Positions 42,864 through 53,127 are shown, counted from the stretch's first letter. The stretch is DNA of 64,000 nucleotides from an uncultured Spirochaetota bacterium (GCA_963781885.1 CAWAHW010000002.1:1184001-1248000), one strand, 5' to 3'. Numbers and translations are program-made. The notes: generated by a model from the sequence alone, not told the origin.

Positions 42864-43614
42864 CCGGGTCCTGCCGGTAGAAGGCGGACAGGAGCGCGTA
42901 GACGTCGGGGTATTCCCCCCGCAGCAGGGTCGGCCTTTCGAAAAAGTATTCCGTGCAGACCGCGAAGAACTCCGCGTCATCTTCCACGGCATAGGGATCG
43001 ATCTTCACGCGACGCTTCTTGCGGCCCGTCTTCTTCTTGAGATCCGCGAATGCACCGGCAAAAACCGCGCTCCAGCGTGCAGGGTCCATGCCGTCGTGCA
43101 GCGCCGGCCTTCCGTTCACTTCGCCATCCAGCATGTCCAGGCGGTGGGCGGCTTCGTGAATGATCACGTTGTAGCCGTCACCCCAGCCCGATGCCTCGAC
43201 GTCCTTCCACGAGAGCACGACGGGGCCCGTGTCCCAGGATTCGCCGCTGTTGTCCTCGTCCCATTCGTGCACGACGCCCGCCTGGTCGTATCCGGTGTGC
43301 TCCTCGATGAAGACGTCCGGCACGACGACAACCGTCTCCCAGTTCTCGAAGCTTTCAAGGCCGAGGTTGAGGATGGGAAGGCATGCCTGCACCGCGATCA
43401 CCTCGCACATCGACGCGGTGAGCTCCAGACCGTCGGCGCCCTCGAATGTCTTTTCGTGCAGGAAGAGCGTGGAGAGAGCGCGCAAACGGCCGAGGTCCGC
43501 CTCCGACAGCCCCGCGAGGATGGGATGCTCCTCCACGAGCCACGTCCACGTGTCTGCGGGGAGAAGGGACTCCTTCAGTATGTGCTGTCGGCGCAGGCTT
43601 CGATAAAGGCCCAT
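42835..43614 (-). CDS. MtfA-like (M90) zinc peptidase
   Basis: IAVQACLP, GESW..GPVVLSW, NVIIHEAAHRLD, AEFFAV.TEYFFE. Confidence 0.9.
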   Translation of the reverse strand: MGLYRSLRRQHILKESLLPADTWTWLVEEHPILAGLSEADLGRLRALSTLFLHEKTFEGADGLELTASMCEVIAVQACLPILNLGLESFENWETVVVVPDVFIEEHTGYDQAGVVHEWDEDNSGESWDTGPVVLSWKDVEASGWGDGYNVIIHEAAHRLDMLDGEVNGRPALHDGMDPARWSAVFAGAFADLKKKTGRKKRRVKIDPYAVEDDAEFFAVCTEYFFERPTLLRGEYPDVYALLSAFYRQDPVTRVRPASA

Positions 43615-43758
43615 TCTTTGCTCAAGGAAGCGCGGGAGCCAATCGGCGGCATCTCCGCGCATGCACAAGGTGCGCGCATTTTCTGCCACGGTCAAGCTCT
43701 TCCGTCGCTCGGCCTTTCCGCAGGCGGTCACATCAGCCCGTCAATGCGGGCTATTGGG

Positions 43759-44878
43759 TCACGAATGTGCCGATTCGGCGTCGAGGTACCTCTGCGCGAC
43801 TTCGCGGATCGACTCCGCGGTCGCCAGGAAAGCGTCCACGATGTCCGGATCGAAGTGACTTCCCGAGCTTTCCCGGATGATTGAGACGGCCATTTCGTGA
43901 GGGAACGCCGCCTTGTACACGCGTTTGCTCACCAGCGCATCGTAGACATCCACGACCGCCATGAGCCTTCCGGGAACGGCGATGGCCACTCCCGCCAGAC
44001 CCCGCGGGTATCCCATGCCGTCCCACCTCTCGTGATGCGACCAGGCGACTTCGCGCGCGAGGTGCAGGAATGAGGTCGGCGATTCAATGAGCTTCTCCGC
44101 CGCCATGATGGAGTTTCGACCGAGCGTGGTATGCGTTTTCATGATTTCGAACTCCTCCGCCGTCAGCTTCCCGGGCTTGAGGAGTATGCGGTCGGGAATC
44201 CCTACCTTGCCGATGCCATGGAGCGGGGCCGATTTGTAGAGGAGCTCGATGGTGTCGGGCGTGAGAAAGGACGAGAACCGTGGGTGGCCTTTCAGCCTGA
44301 GCGCGAGCATCTTCACGTAATGCTGGGTCCGGCGGATGTGATTGCCCGTTTCGTTGTCCCGTGTTTCCGCGAGCGACCCCATGGCCACCATTGTCACGTC
44401 CTGGATGGTGCTGATTTCCTGTGTCCTCCTCCCGACCTCCTGCTCGAGATACTCGCTCTTGTCACGCAGAAAGTCTCGCGCGCCCTTCAGTTGCAGGTGG
44501 GTCCGCACCCGCGCGGTCACGATAGCGGGACTGATCGGTTTCACAATGTAGTCGACTGCTCCGAGCTCGAGACCTTTCTGTTCGTCGGCGGCATCCGACT
44601 TTGCTGTAAGGAAGATGACCGGTATGTCGGTTGTGGTTGGATCGTCCCTCAGGCGCTGGCACACTTCGTACCCGTCCATTCCGGGCATCATGACGTCGAG
44701 GAGAATCAGGTCGGGAGGATGTGTCATGAGACGCGACCTCCAGGGCCTTCGCGCCGCCCGTGGCAACCTTCACCCGGTAGGTGGTGTTGAGAAGCGAGCT
44801 CATGAGCGCAAGGTTTTCGGGCGCGTCATCGACGATCAAGATGGTCTGCGTCCTGGCGTTTCTGGGCGTCTCTGACAT
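43759..44878 (-). CDS. REC plus HD-GYP response regulator (frameshift near 44735; HD motif reads HG)
   Basis: ILIVDD, LLDVMMP, ETGNHIRR, LHGIGK, HHERWDGMGYP. Confidence 0.85.
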
Positions 44879-44893
44879 GGTGACACCCTGCGT

Positions 44894-46430
44894 CTATACG
44901 ATCCCGTTGTCGAGTCGCTGCAAGGCGTCCCAGGCGGCGGAGAAATCGTATGCGATGAGCTTTTCTCGCAGCAATTCCACCTTGTTCTCCGCATACGACG
45001 AGGCAAGTCTTCCCGAAACGCTCTCGAGATAGTCGAGGGCGTCGCTGTCACTTTCCTTGATGAGTGTCGTGAGTCGCGCGATGATGATTGTCCGTTCCGC
45101 GGCGTCCAGCTGTGAGCCTGCCCGCTGCACGGGGGCCCGGGACGGAAGGGTTTCCAGAATGCCTGCCGTGGCCTTCTGGAGAGCCGCCGCAAGACGGCGC
45201 AGATTCTCCTCAACGGCGGTCGGTGTGTCTTTTGTCTGGATCCGCCGCTCCAGTTCGCCGGAGAGCTCCTGCACCTCGACCACGCCAAGATTGCCCGCTA
45301 TTCCCTTGACGGTGTGTGCGAGATGCTCAGCCGTCGGACGGTCCCCTTTTTCGAGGGCTTCCGCAATCCTGGCGGGGGTCTCATGGTGCCCCTCTGCAAA
45401 TCGGCGCAAAAGAACCGCATAGAGCGAGGCATTTCCCGCCACTCGCTTCAATCCTGCGACCACGTCGACTCCCACGATCGGGGCAAGGGAAAACTTCTCC
45501 CCAACGTGAGGAGTCTCTTCCGGAATCTGCCCTTTCAGTGTCGGGCCGCGGTAGTACTTGCGGATAGTCTGGACCATGGCGTCGGGGTCGATAGGCTTGC
45601 TTATGTGATCATTCATGCCCGCTTCCAGTGCTTTCTCCCGCTCTTCGCTCAGGGCATGAGCGGTCATCGCAATGACGGGAATGCTCGTTCCCCACTCGGC
45701 GGCCCTGATGCGCCGGGTGGCTTCGTACCCGTCCATTTCTGGCATCTGGACATCCATCAGGACCAGGTCAATACGTGCGGCGTGATCCATCAGCCTCGCA
45801 ATGGACTCCTTTCCGTTGTTTGCGATTTCCACCCCCGCGCCAGCTGCCTGGAGCAGCTCCACGGCGATCTCCTGGTTGATCTCGTTGTCCTCGACCAGCA
45901 GGATGCGCGCGCCGCTGAGCATCCCGGCCTGGTCGTTGCCGGGCATCGATTCACGAAGCGCGGGCCGAATATCGGGGGCAAACACCTTCAGAATGGCATC
46001 CAGAAGGCTGGAGGGGGTCAGTGGCTTCAACAGGAAGTCGGCCGCACCCGCGTTCAGCGCGTTCTGGCGTTCCCCTTCTGCTCCCTCCGACGCGCTGAGC
46101 ATGATGGCGACGGGCGGCCGCGCGGCCTTCACGCCGGCGAGGATTCGCCGCGTGGCTTCAATACCGTCTATGCCCGGCATCCTCCAGTCCATGAGCATGA
46201 GGCCGAATGGATCACTCTCTTCAGCGTTCCTGACCGCCTCTATCGCGTCGCCTCCAGAGGCGACCGTCTTCACCCGGAAATGAAGAGAAAGAAGGGTGCG
46301 CTCGAGGATTTTTCGCGCCTCCTCGTTGTCATCGGCCACGAGGACCCGCATCCCATTCAGATCCACAGGGACTGCAGGGGGTATGTCGAGACTCTGGCGG
46401 GACCGAAGCTGCCCCACTTCATCCAGGGCC
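44894..46430 (-). pseudogene. 5'-truncated hybrid sensor kinase remnant (REC-REC-HPt)
   Basis: Two receiver domains (LMDWRMP, LMDVQMP) and HPt AHTVKGIAGNLG. No HisKA or HATPase; the frame ends at the island edge. Confidence 0.75.
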
Positions 46431-46641
46431 CTTTCAAATCAACCCAGTTCAGGTCGTGCGTTCTTCAGCTGTCTCGACGCACCCAGACTACGCATCTCGT
46501 CCTGATTAATATATTGCAGAGTGATAGGTATATCAAAGAAAAAAACGATTTCTATTCCGATCAGGAAGCCTTCCAGCTGGATTCAGATCTGCATCGGCAG
46601 TTGCGAATCGACCTCACCCAAATTCTAGCTGAATAGAGCAC

Positions 46642-46955
46642 GATGCCTCACGGAAAAAACTAGCCCAGAATATCCGGGCTTCAAGACGATTTCTGTCGCC
46701 TTGGCACGGAGGTGGGCTGAGATGGAGGTATCGATGACCGACAGGCGCACCATCATCAGGCGTAGCTTTCACCGCTACCAAGAGGCTGATCGGAAGACCA
46801 AAACACGAATCTTGAACCAGGTCATGGAGCAGACGATGTACCGCAGTCGCGCCTACCTGGCTTTGATCCTGCGCCAGTGGGGCAGGACCAACTGGCATTC
46901 GGGTCCGCGCGGACCCCTGCACAAATGGGCGAAGGGGACGTCCGCATCCCCGTAG
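46642..46955 (+). mobile_element. IS remnant: left end and N-terminus of an integrase-core (ISNCY-like) transposase
   Basis: MTDRRTIIRRSFHRYQEADRKTKTRILNQV...YRSRAY resembles the RY..A.K..K..ILDE N-terminus of this family; possible end GATGCCTCACGG. Confidence 0.6.
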
Positions 46956-47068
46956 GTTCTGCTAAGGACTGTAAGCCCTCTTGCAGTGCATCATGCGGTC
47001 CGCCGGTCTCTCTGAAATAGCTCGCCGTGGACGGGCGAAAGCTGCTCGCAGGCCGTTGGATTATAATA

Positions 47069-47100
47069 TTGACAGTTGCACTGCCACTGTATATTATGCT
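47069..47100 (+). promoter_or_regulatory. merR-vwa promoter with a spacer dyad
   Basis: TTGACA (47069-47074); dyad ACAGTTGCA-C-TGCCACTGT (47072-47090); -10 TATTAT (17 bp) or TATGCT (20 bp). Confidence 0.65.
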
Positions 47101-47103
47101 GTC

Positions 47104-47652
47104 GTGAGTCAAAGTGAGCGCGTCATGAACATGCAGGCGCTGAGCGACCGGTCCGGAACGCCTGTTCGCACAATACGGTTCTACATCAGTCAGCGGCTGC
47201 TGGCGGGGCCGCAAGGTCGGGGTACTTCCAGCTCCTATGCGGAGGATCACCTGCGGCGCCTTCTTCTGATCAAACAGTTGACCCGCCGTCACGTGCCTTT
47301 GACAGAGATCCGTGACCATCTGGATGGGGTCTCCCCGGAGGCACTCGCGCAGGTCCTCGAGTTGGCGCAGAAGCAAAACGCCGCGGAGGCAAAGGTGCAG
47401 AAGAACTCGCCCCGGCAATATCTGTCAGAGCTATTGCGGGACGTTCATCTCCATCGAATGGGAAGCGAGCTCGGGAAGCCGTATGTGCCACAGCGGGAGG
47501 ACCGCGACGTATGGCGGAGGGTGAAGGTCGCCTCGGGTATAGAGCTCCACTACACTCTTGAGTCTGAGGAGAGGAACGCTGAGCTCGTGGCTGAGTTGAT
47601 CGATAGTACGCGACAGGTTGCGCAGAGAGCAAGCACGAGGAGGGGAACGTGA
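47104..47652 (+). CDS. MerR-type HTH regulator
   Basis: LSDRSGTPVRTIRFYISQRLL.GP, YAEDHLRRLLLIK, C-terminal WRRVKVASGIELH. Confidence 0.88.
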   Translation: MSQSERVMNMQALSDRSGTPVRTIRFYISQRLLAGPQGRGTSSSYAEDHLRRLLLIKQLTRRHVPLTEIRDHLDGVSPEALAQVLELAQKQNAAEAKVQKNSPRQYLSELLRDVHLHRMGSELGKPYVPQREDRDVWRRVKVASGIELHYTLESEERNAELVAELIDSTRQVAQRASTRRGT

Positions 47653-49187
47653 TGGAAAATGGACATCCGGCAGAGGGAACGAACGGCCAGGAGGGCATGT
47701 TTCTTGGAGTTGGCGTAGAGAGACGACTGCTCAGGACCGTGAAGAGCGTGAGCCATATCGACCTGACAGTTCGTGCGCCGGTTGCGCATGGAGAAACCGG
47801 GCGGCCGCCGCTTGCTCTTTCCCTGGTGATCGACAGATCGGGCTCAATGCAGGGGAACAAGCTCATCACTGCCAAGCGCGCCGCACTCGCCGTCTTGGAC
47901 CGGCTGAGTGGTGAGGATATCGCGGCCGTCGTGGTCTTCGACAACATCATCGATCTGGTCCTTCCCGAAGGGCCGATAAATGATGAGAGAAAGGCACAGG
48001 CACGGGCCGCCCTCTCTCTCATAGAGGCGAGGTCCCAAACCGCGCTCCACGAGGGCGGGCTGACGGGATGTCGGTCCATTGCCGCGGATGTCATACAGGG
48101 CAGGAAACCCGAAAGGCTTTCCCGGTGCTTTCTGCTCACGGACGGGCTTGCAAACGTGGGCATGACCGACCCTGAGCAGATCGCGGCCCAGACGGCGGAT
48201 GTGCGGCAAAACACTGGGATATGCACAAGCACTTTCGGGATTGGGGATGACTATGATGAAAGGCTCCTTGCCCCTATGGCGGTTGCAGGCAGTGGCCAAT
48301 TCCACCACTTGCGGGATGAAGCGGACATTGCCGCCACCTTCGCGGGCGAACTCTCTGAGATGTTTGAGGTGACCGCGCGAAGCGTGAGCATTGAGATCCA
48401 GGCGGACCCCTCGGTGCATCCTGAGCTGGTCAGCCTGTACTGGGGGGCGAACGGCGCCGGCCCTGGCGTCCTCCGCGTCGATCTGGGTGACATGATCGGC
48501 GGTGAGGAACGGCACGTGGTGGCGCGGCTCGTCTTCGGCTGGGTTCCTGTTGGCGCGCGCATTCCTATGCGTGCCCGCGCGATCTGGCGCGATGGTCAGT
48601 ATCTCAGGGACGGGCCATGGCAGGAGCTCACTTTTGTGGGAGCCGATGACGCAGCCTGCTCCAGGGAAGCGCGGGACATGGCCGTGATGCACTGGGTGGG
48701 GTGTCATCACGCTGACAAGGCCAAGGCAGAGGCCCTGGCGCTCCACCGGCAAGGAGATACGGAGGAGGCCATCCACGTCCTGGAGGGCGTGATGCGGAAG
48801 ATGGGTGAATATGCCGCCGCGGACCCTGACCTGGTACGGGCCTTGAAAGAGCTTGGCGATCTCCGCGAGAAGCTCCTTATGGACCGCGTTTCTTCATCGA
48901 TGGCCAAAGAAATGAGCTATACCTCACACCTGAACTCACGAATGCAGCGGGACATGCGCCACGTCCTGACCGCTGGAAACGGTTCCTTTCGCCTCGTTAC
49001 ATCGCAAGAGTGTGGTCTTTGGGACGCCCTCCACTATGGGACTTATTCAGCCGGTCGCAGCCACCGCCGGAGTTACACTACGCCCGGCGCCAGCCTGCTT
49101 CTCAGTAGTCTCGCTAGGTTTTCTGACGCCAGGAAACGCCTGGCCTATGCTCCGGTGGAGGCCGACCATGGAAAAATACCAGCCTAA
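47649..49187 (+). CDS. VWA (MIDAS) domain protein with Ig-like and helical C-terminal regions
   Basis: LVIDRSGSM, LLTDGLAN, STFGIGDDYDE. The last ~70 codons look like read-through; the true stop may be near 48970. Confidence 0.88.
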   Translation: MMENGHPAEGTNGQEGMFLGVGVERRLLRTVKSVSHIDLTVRAPVAHGETGRPPLALSLVIDRSGSMQGNKLITAKRAALAVLDRLSGEDIAAVVVFDNIIDLVLPEGPINDERKAQARAALSLIEARSQTALHEGGLTGCRSIAADVIQGRKPERLSRCFLLTDGLANVGMTDPEQIAAQTADVRQNTGICTSTFGIGDDYDERLLAPMAVAGSGQFHHLRDEADIAATFAGELSEMFEVTARSVSIEIQADPSVHPELVSLYWGANGAGPGVLRVDLGDMIGGEERHVVARLVFGWVPVGARIPMRARAIWRDGQYLRDGPWQELTFVGADDAACSREARDMAVMHWVGCHHADKAKAEALALHRQGDTEEAIHVLEGVMRKMGEYAAADPDLVRALKELGDLREKLLMDRVSSSMAKEMSYTSHLNSRMQRDMRHVLTAGNGSFRLVTSQECGLWDALHYGTYSAGRSHRRSYTTPGASLLLSSLARFSDARKRLAYAPVEADHGKIPA

Positions 49188-51483
49188 ACCGATTGACACT
49201 TCACACATTACGCTCCCAAAAGGCATTTTGAAGCTCAAGGAAAAGCTCGCGGAGAACGTGCACGATGTCTGGGCTCAGCAACGGATCAAGGACGGGTGGA
49301 CGTATGGGAAAAGGCGTAGCGACAGGACCAAGCGTCACCCCTGCCTTGTGCCGTACAGGGAGCTTCCGGTTTCAGAGAAAAGGTATGACCGCAGCACCAT
49401 GGAGGAGACCATCAAATGCATACTTGCTCTCGGGTATACCCTGGATTCTGCAAAACATGATGCTGAAGAGGACGATCCTGCCTTGCGTGAGCTCGAGTTG
49501 CTGCTCAAGAGCCCCAAGCCCGATTTCCTGGAGATGTTTCGGCTGTGGCAAAACAGGAATCCACTCGCCAGGCCCGAGACTCCGCGTCTGCACGAATTGT
49601 TCGCGAATCGCCTGATCAAGATGGAGGAATCTATCGTTGCATATGACGTCATCGCGCACGGTTTATCAATCTGGCCGAGCGATAAGAGCATGCTGCATAA
49701 AAAGGGCCTGGTGCTCGCGCGAACCGGCGCCACGGAAGAGGCCCTCTCCATAGCATCCGGCCTTGAACGGGTGACGGGGAAAAAGGATCCGCTCCATGAT
49801 GAAATCCTGGGGCTTCTGGGACGCTGCTACAAGGACCTTTGGGAGTATGAGCATGATTCAACGAGAAAGCGGGAACACCTCGAGCGCGCCTTCGAATTTT
49901 ATCAACGCGCGTTTCAGAGCCTGCGGGGAACCTATTATACGGGCATAAACGCGGCGCACATGGCGCTGCTCAAGGGGGACAGGGAAGAGGCGCTCAGGTT
50001 GGCGGAGATGGTGATAAGCTGCTGCGCATCCGAGCGGCGAAAAGGCGAGGATTCCTACTGGCTGTACGCAACCATGGGCCACGCTCTTCTGATAAAGGCG
50101 TTTCAGGAGCCGCGATTCATGGATGAGGCGGAGCACTGGCTCAGGAGCGCAGCGACCGCGGGCGCGGGCAACTACGGCGATCTCAATGCAACCAAGCGAA
50201 GCATCAGGCAGATCCGTGAAAATATCACGCTGCCACGGGAATTCGAGGAACGCGTGGAGAGTCTGCTCGCCCTATTCCAGTGCCCTTGCGTGGCCGTCTT
50301 CTCCGGGCACATGATCGACCAGCCGGGAAGGCCGGAACCTCGCTTCCCCCAGGGCATTGCTGCAAGGGTCAAGCGTGAGATCAAGCAAAAGCTCATGGAT
50401 CTGAATGTTCGCATTGGATTCGCCTCCGGCGCATGCGGCGCGGACATCCTGTTCCATGAGACACTTCTCGAACTCGGTGGCGAAACGCACGTGGTGCTGC
50501 CATTCAATCGCGATGAGTTCATGAAAACGACCGTTGGGGTCGGGGAGAACGCGGATTTTTGGAAGGGAAAGCTCAGGGCGATCCTGAAGAAGGCCAAGAG
50601 CGTCATCACCGTGTCAAGGCAGCAGACTGATTTCGGGTCGGTTTATTACGATTACGCGAATATCGTGCTGAACGGGCTCTCCCGGAACCAGGCCATGCAC
50701 CTGGACACGGACCTGGTGGCGCTCACGGTCTGGAACGGGAAGGCGGGGGATGGGCCGGGCGGTACCGCAAGCATGTATGGCTATTGGAAGGATGTGATGG
50801 GCCTTCCCAATATCCAGGTCATCAATCCACGGCAATTCTTGCCGGAGGGAGAGGTTGGGAACCTTACAGGCGCGGACATATCACCGGATGATATGACTAT
50901 CGAGCCGGCGAACGCCCAATCGCCGGTTGCATCACCGGTCGCGGCTGAGAGCATCAAGGCCATGCTGTTCGCAGATGTGGTGAAATTCAGTAGCCTCAAG
51001 GCGGGCCAGATCCCTGCTTTTGTCAAGAGTTTTATGGGCGCCATCGCTGGATTGATCGAAAAGACAGAATACAAGCCGGAAACCAGAAACACGTGGGGCG
51101 ACGGTCTCTATTTCGTTTTCGACAAAGTTGAGCACGCGGGTCTGTTCGCGCTCGATTTGTGCGATCTGGTCTTGGGCACGAACTGGATGGAGAAGGGCTT
51201 GAACGATAATACGAGCATCCGAATTGCGCTGCACGCAGGCCCTGTTTTCTGCTGCGTGGATCCTATTCTCGGGGTGAAAAACTACACGGGCTATCATGTG
51301 AATACAGCCGCGCGTCTCGAGCCCATAACGCCCCCCGGCAATGTCTACGCCACCCAGCAATTTGCCGCGCTCGCGTCATTCCACGGGATTACGGGTTTTG
51401 CGTGCGACTATGTGGGTCAAATCCCCTTTCCCAAGGGCTTTGGCGCTTACCCGATCTACCATGTGAGGAGAGCACAGGGGTGA
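49168..51483 (+). CDS. RyR domain, TPR (TPR-S/TRAF-binding-like), SLOG-like, class III nucleotide cyclase fusion
   Basis: RyR: LAENVHDVWAQQR..GWTYG...HPCLVPYRELP.SEKRYD. TPR: LLGRCYKD, YYTGINAA. SLOG: FSGHMID, SGACGADILF, HVVLPF. Cyclase: LFADVVKFS, TWGDG, RIALHAGPV, VNTAARLE. SD GGAGG. Confidence 0.85.
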   Translation: MEKYQPKPIDTSHITLPKGILKLKEKLAENVHDVWAQQRIKDGWTYGKRRSDRTKRHPCLVPYRELPVSEKRYDRSTMEETIKCILALGYTLDSAKHDAEEDDPALRELELLLKSPKPDFLEMFRLWQNRNPLARPETPRLHELFANRLIKMEESIVAYDVIAHGLSIWPSDKSMLHKKGLVLARTGATEEALSIASGLERVTGKKDPLHDEILGLLGRCYKDLWEYEHDSTRKREHLERAFEFYQRAFQSLRGTYYTGINAAHMALLKGDREEALRLAEMVISCCASERRKGEDSYWLYATMGHALLIKAFQEPRFMDEAEHWLRSAATAGAGNYGDLNATKRSIRQIRENITLPREFEERVESLLALFQCPCVAVFSGHMIDQPGRPEPRFPQGIAARVKREIKQKLMDLNVRIGFASGACGADILFHETLLELGGETHVVLPFNRDEFMKTTVGVGENADFWKGKLRAILKKAKSVITVSRQQTDFGSVYYDYANIVLNGLSRNQAMHLDTDLVALTVWNGKAGDGPGGTASMYGYWKDVMGLPNIQVINPRQFLPEGEVGNLTGADISPDDMTIEPANAQSPVASPVAAESIKAMLFADVVKFSSLKAGQIPAFVKSFMGAIAGLIEKTEYKPETRNTWGDGLYFVFDKVEHAGLFALDLCDLVLGTNWMEKGLNDNTSIRIALHAGPVFCCVDPILGVKNYTGYHVNTAARLEPITPPGNVYATQQFAALASFHGITGFACDYVGQIPFPKGFGAYPIYHVRRAQG

Positions 51484-51622
51484 TCAGGAATTGCCGACGA
51501 TAGACAGCGAAAGTGCATTTCTGTACGCTCAGCCTGCAAAATAAACCATTTCCCAACACAGCACTGCAGCCGAGTGCCTGGAACTCAAGCCGTTTTTTTT
51601 TGCTTGGCTGCCGGAGATCTGC

Positions 51623-53037
51623 ATGAAAAGGGTGTTCATTTCATACCGATACAAGGATCATCCTCGGTTTGAACTTGTCAGAGAGATCTCGGCACGCCTC
51701 CGCTTCTTCTCGATAGAGGTGATCCTGGATCAACGCAGTTTGCTTTTTGGAGAGGACATCAAGGCTTTTATGGAGGAGATGATACAGACAGCAGACGCGA
51801 TCGTGATCCTTCTAAGTGAAGACTATAATCAGGCTCTCCGCCAGGAGGTCGGCCCGGGAGCCGGCGTCCGCTTTGAAGTAAGTCTCGCTCTGCAAGAACG
51901 AAAGCGAAGGCCTGCTTTTCGAAATTCTCCCGATCCTTCTCGACTCAAGTCTTCCTGTCCCCCCATTTGACCGTTTGAAGTGCGCTAGACCGAACGATAT
52001 CGATCAAATCGTCACAGAACTGGGGTTGGTTGAGCATCTGAGTGAGTCGCGTGTTCTGGCCGACCGCTACCGTCTGGATCAATTCGTTGAAACTCGTGGA
52101 CTGGCTCGCGTGTTCAAGTCCCATGATCTGGTTTTGGATACCCCTGTGGAAGTCTATATGGTTCCCGCGACAGGGGAGACTGGCCTTCAGGGCGAGAGGT
52201 TCCGGATTTTCGAAAGGGTCCTAAAAGGACGATCTCAGGCATTTAGTCCATTTCTCCTAAACATTCGCGATTCTTACGTAGATTCTGATGGTGCGTATTA
52301 TCTCGTCACCGAAGAGTTTGCCGGTACCGACCTGAGCGTGCCTCTCAACAGAGGGTTTACGACACACCCTTTTGGCGCACTCTGCATCGCCTACCAGGTT
52401 GCCCTTGGTCTCTACGAGCTTCACCAGAGTGGAGTTCTCCATGCTGGCCTGGCTCCGCGCGCCATCCGGCACAACAAAGAAAGAACTCTCTGCAAGATCG
52501 TTGACTTTGAATTCGCAAGACCCGCTATCGGCGTTCGTCAGCTGCCACTGGACGGATACCCTATCATTTCGCCCCCGGAGCGTTTTGCTGGCAAACCGCC
52601 CTCCATTTGTCAGGATGTCTACCAACTCGCGAATCTTGTATTTTGGCTTATTTGTGGTTTTCCGGTAGTGTCGCGCTCTGTCTATAGGCTCATGCCTTCA
52701 GCCTTAACTCTTTCCACTGTGGTTTGTGAGGATTCTGGCCTCCAAGAATCTCATTGCATCTACGCTATCCGATTTTTCCTCTCGGAAAATAGCAACGGCG
52801 GATCGGAATCCAGACTTAACCGAGGCTATCGCCAGATCGCAATCGACCGACTTCATAAGAAATGTATTAAGCCCGTTTCTTGCTTCCTGTCTTCATCCTG
52901 ATCCTCGATTGAGGCCGAGAAATATCGGTGAAGTGCTGGGCTTTCTATCGACACTGGAGATTCCGCCAGCGGGCAGACTGCTCGATCGTGGGGGCGCCGA
53001 AGTGTCGGGTGCTCTTTTTCCAGAATATGAAACGTAG
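51623..53037 (+). CDS. TIR domain fused to a Ser/Thr-kinase-fold pseudokinase (two frameshifts, near 51922 and 52715)
   Basis: VFISY, LLSEDY, GVRFE. Removing one A gives ILPILLD, which runs into DRYRL, LVTEE, LHAGLAPRAI, IVDFE, PPE, DVYQL and CLHPDPRLRP. Confidence 0.75.
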
Positions 53038-53127
53038 GTGGAAGGCCACATTGAATTGCAGCCAGGACGCAGCAGGGCACTTGAGCTTCACCGTCCTGGA
53101 TTGAGAATGCGCGGCCACGTCCCTTTT

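Noticed and set aside
51551-51612. Integron attC-like start (CCCAACACAGCACTGCAGCCGA) with a hairpin before the TIR gene
   Set aside because: No matching GTTRRRY end and no integron integrase; at most a degenerate remnant.
49168-53037. Naming the locus Pycsar, Thoeris or CBASS
   Set aside because: No cNMP-binding effector, no Sir2 or Macro ThsA, no CD-NTase; only individual domains are shared.
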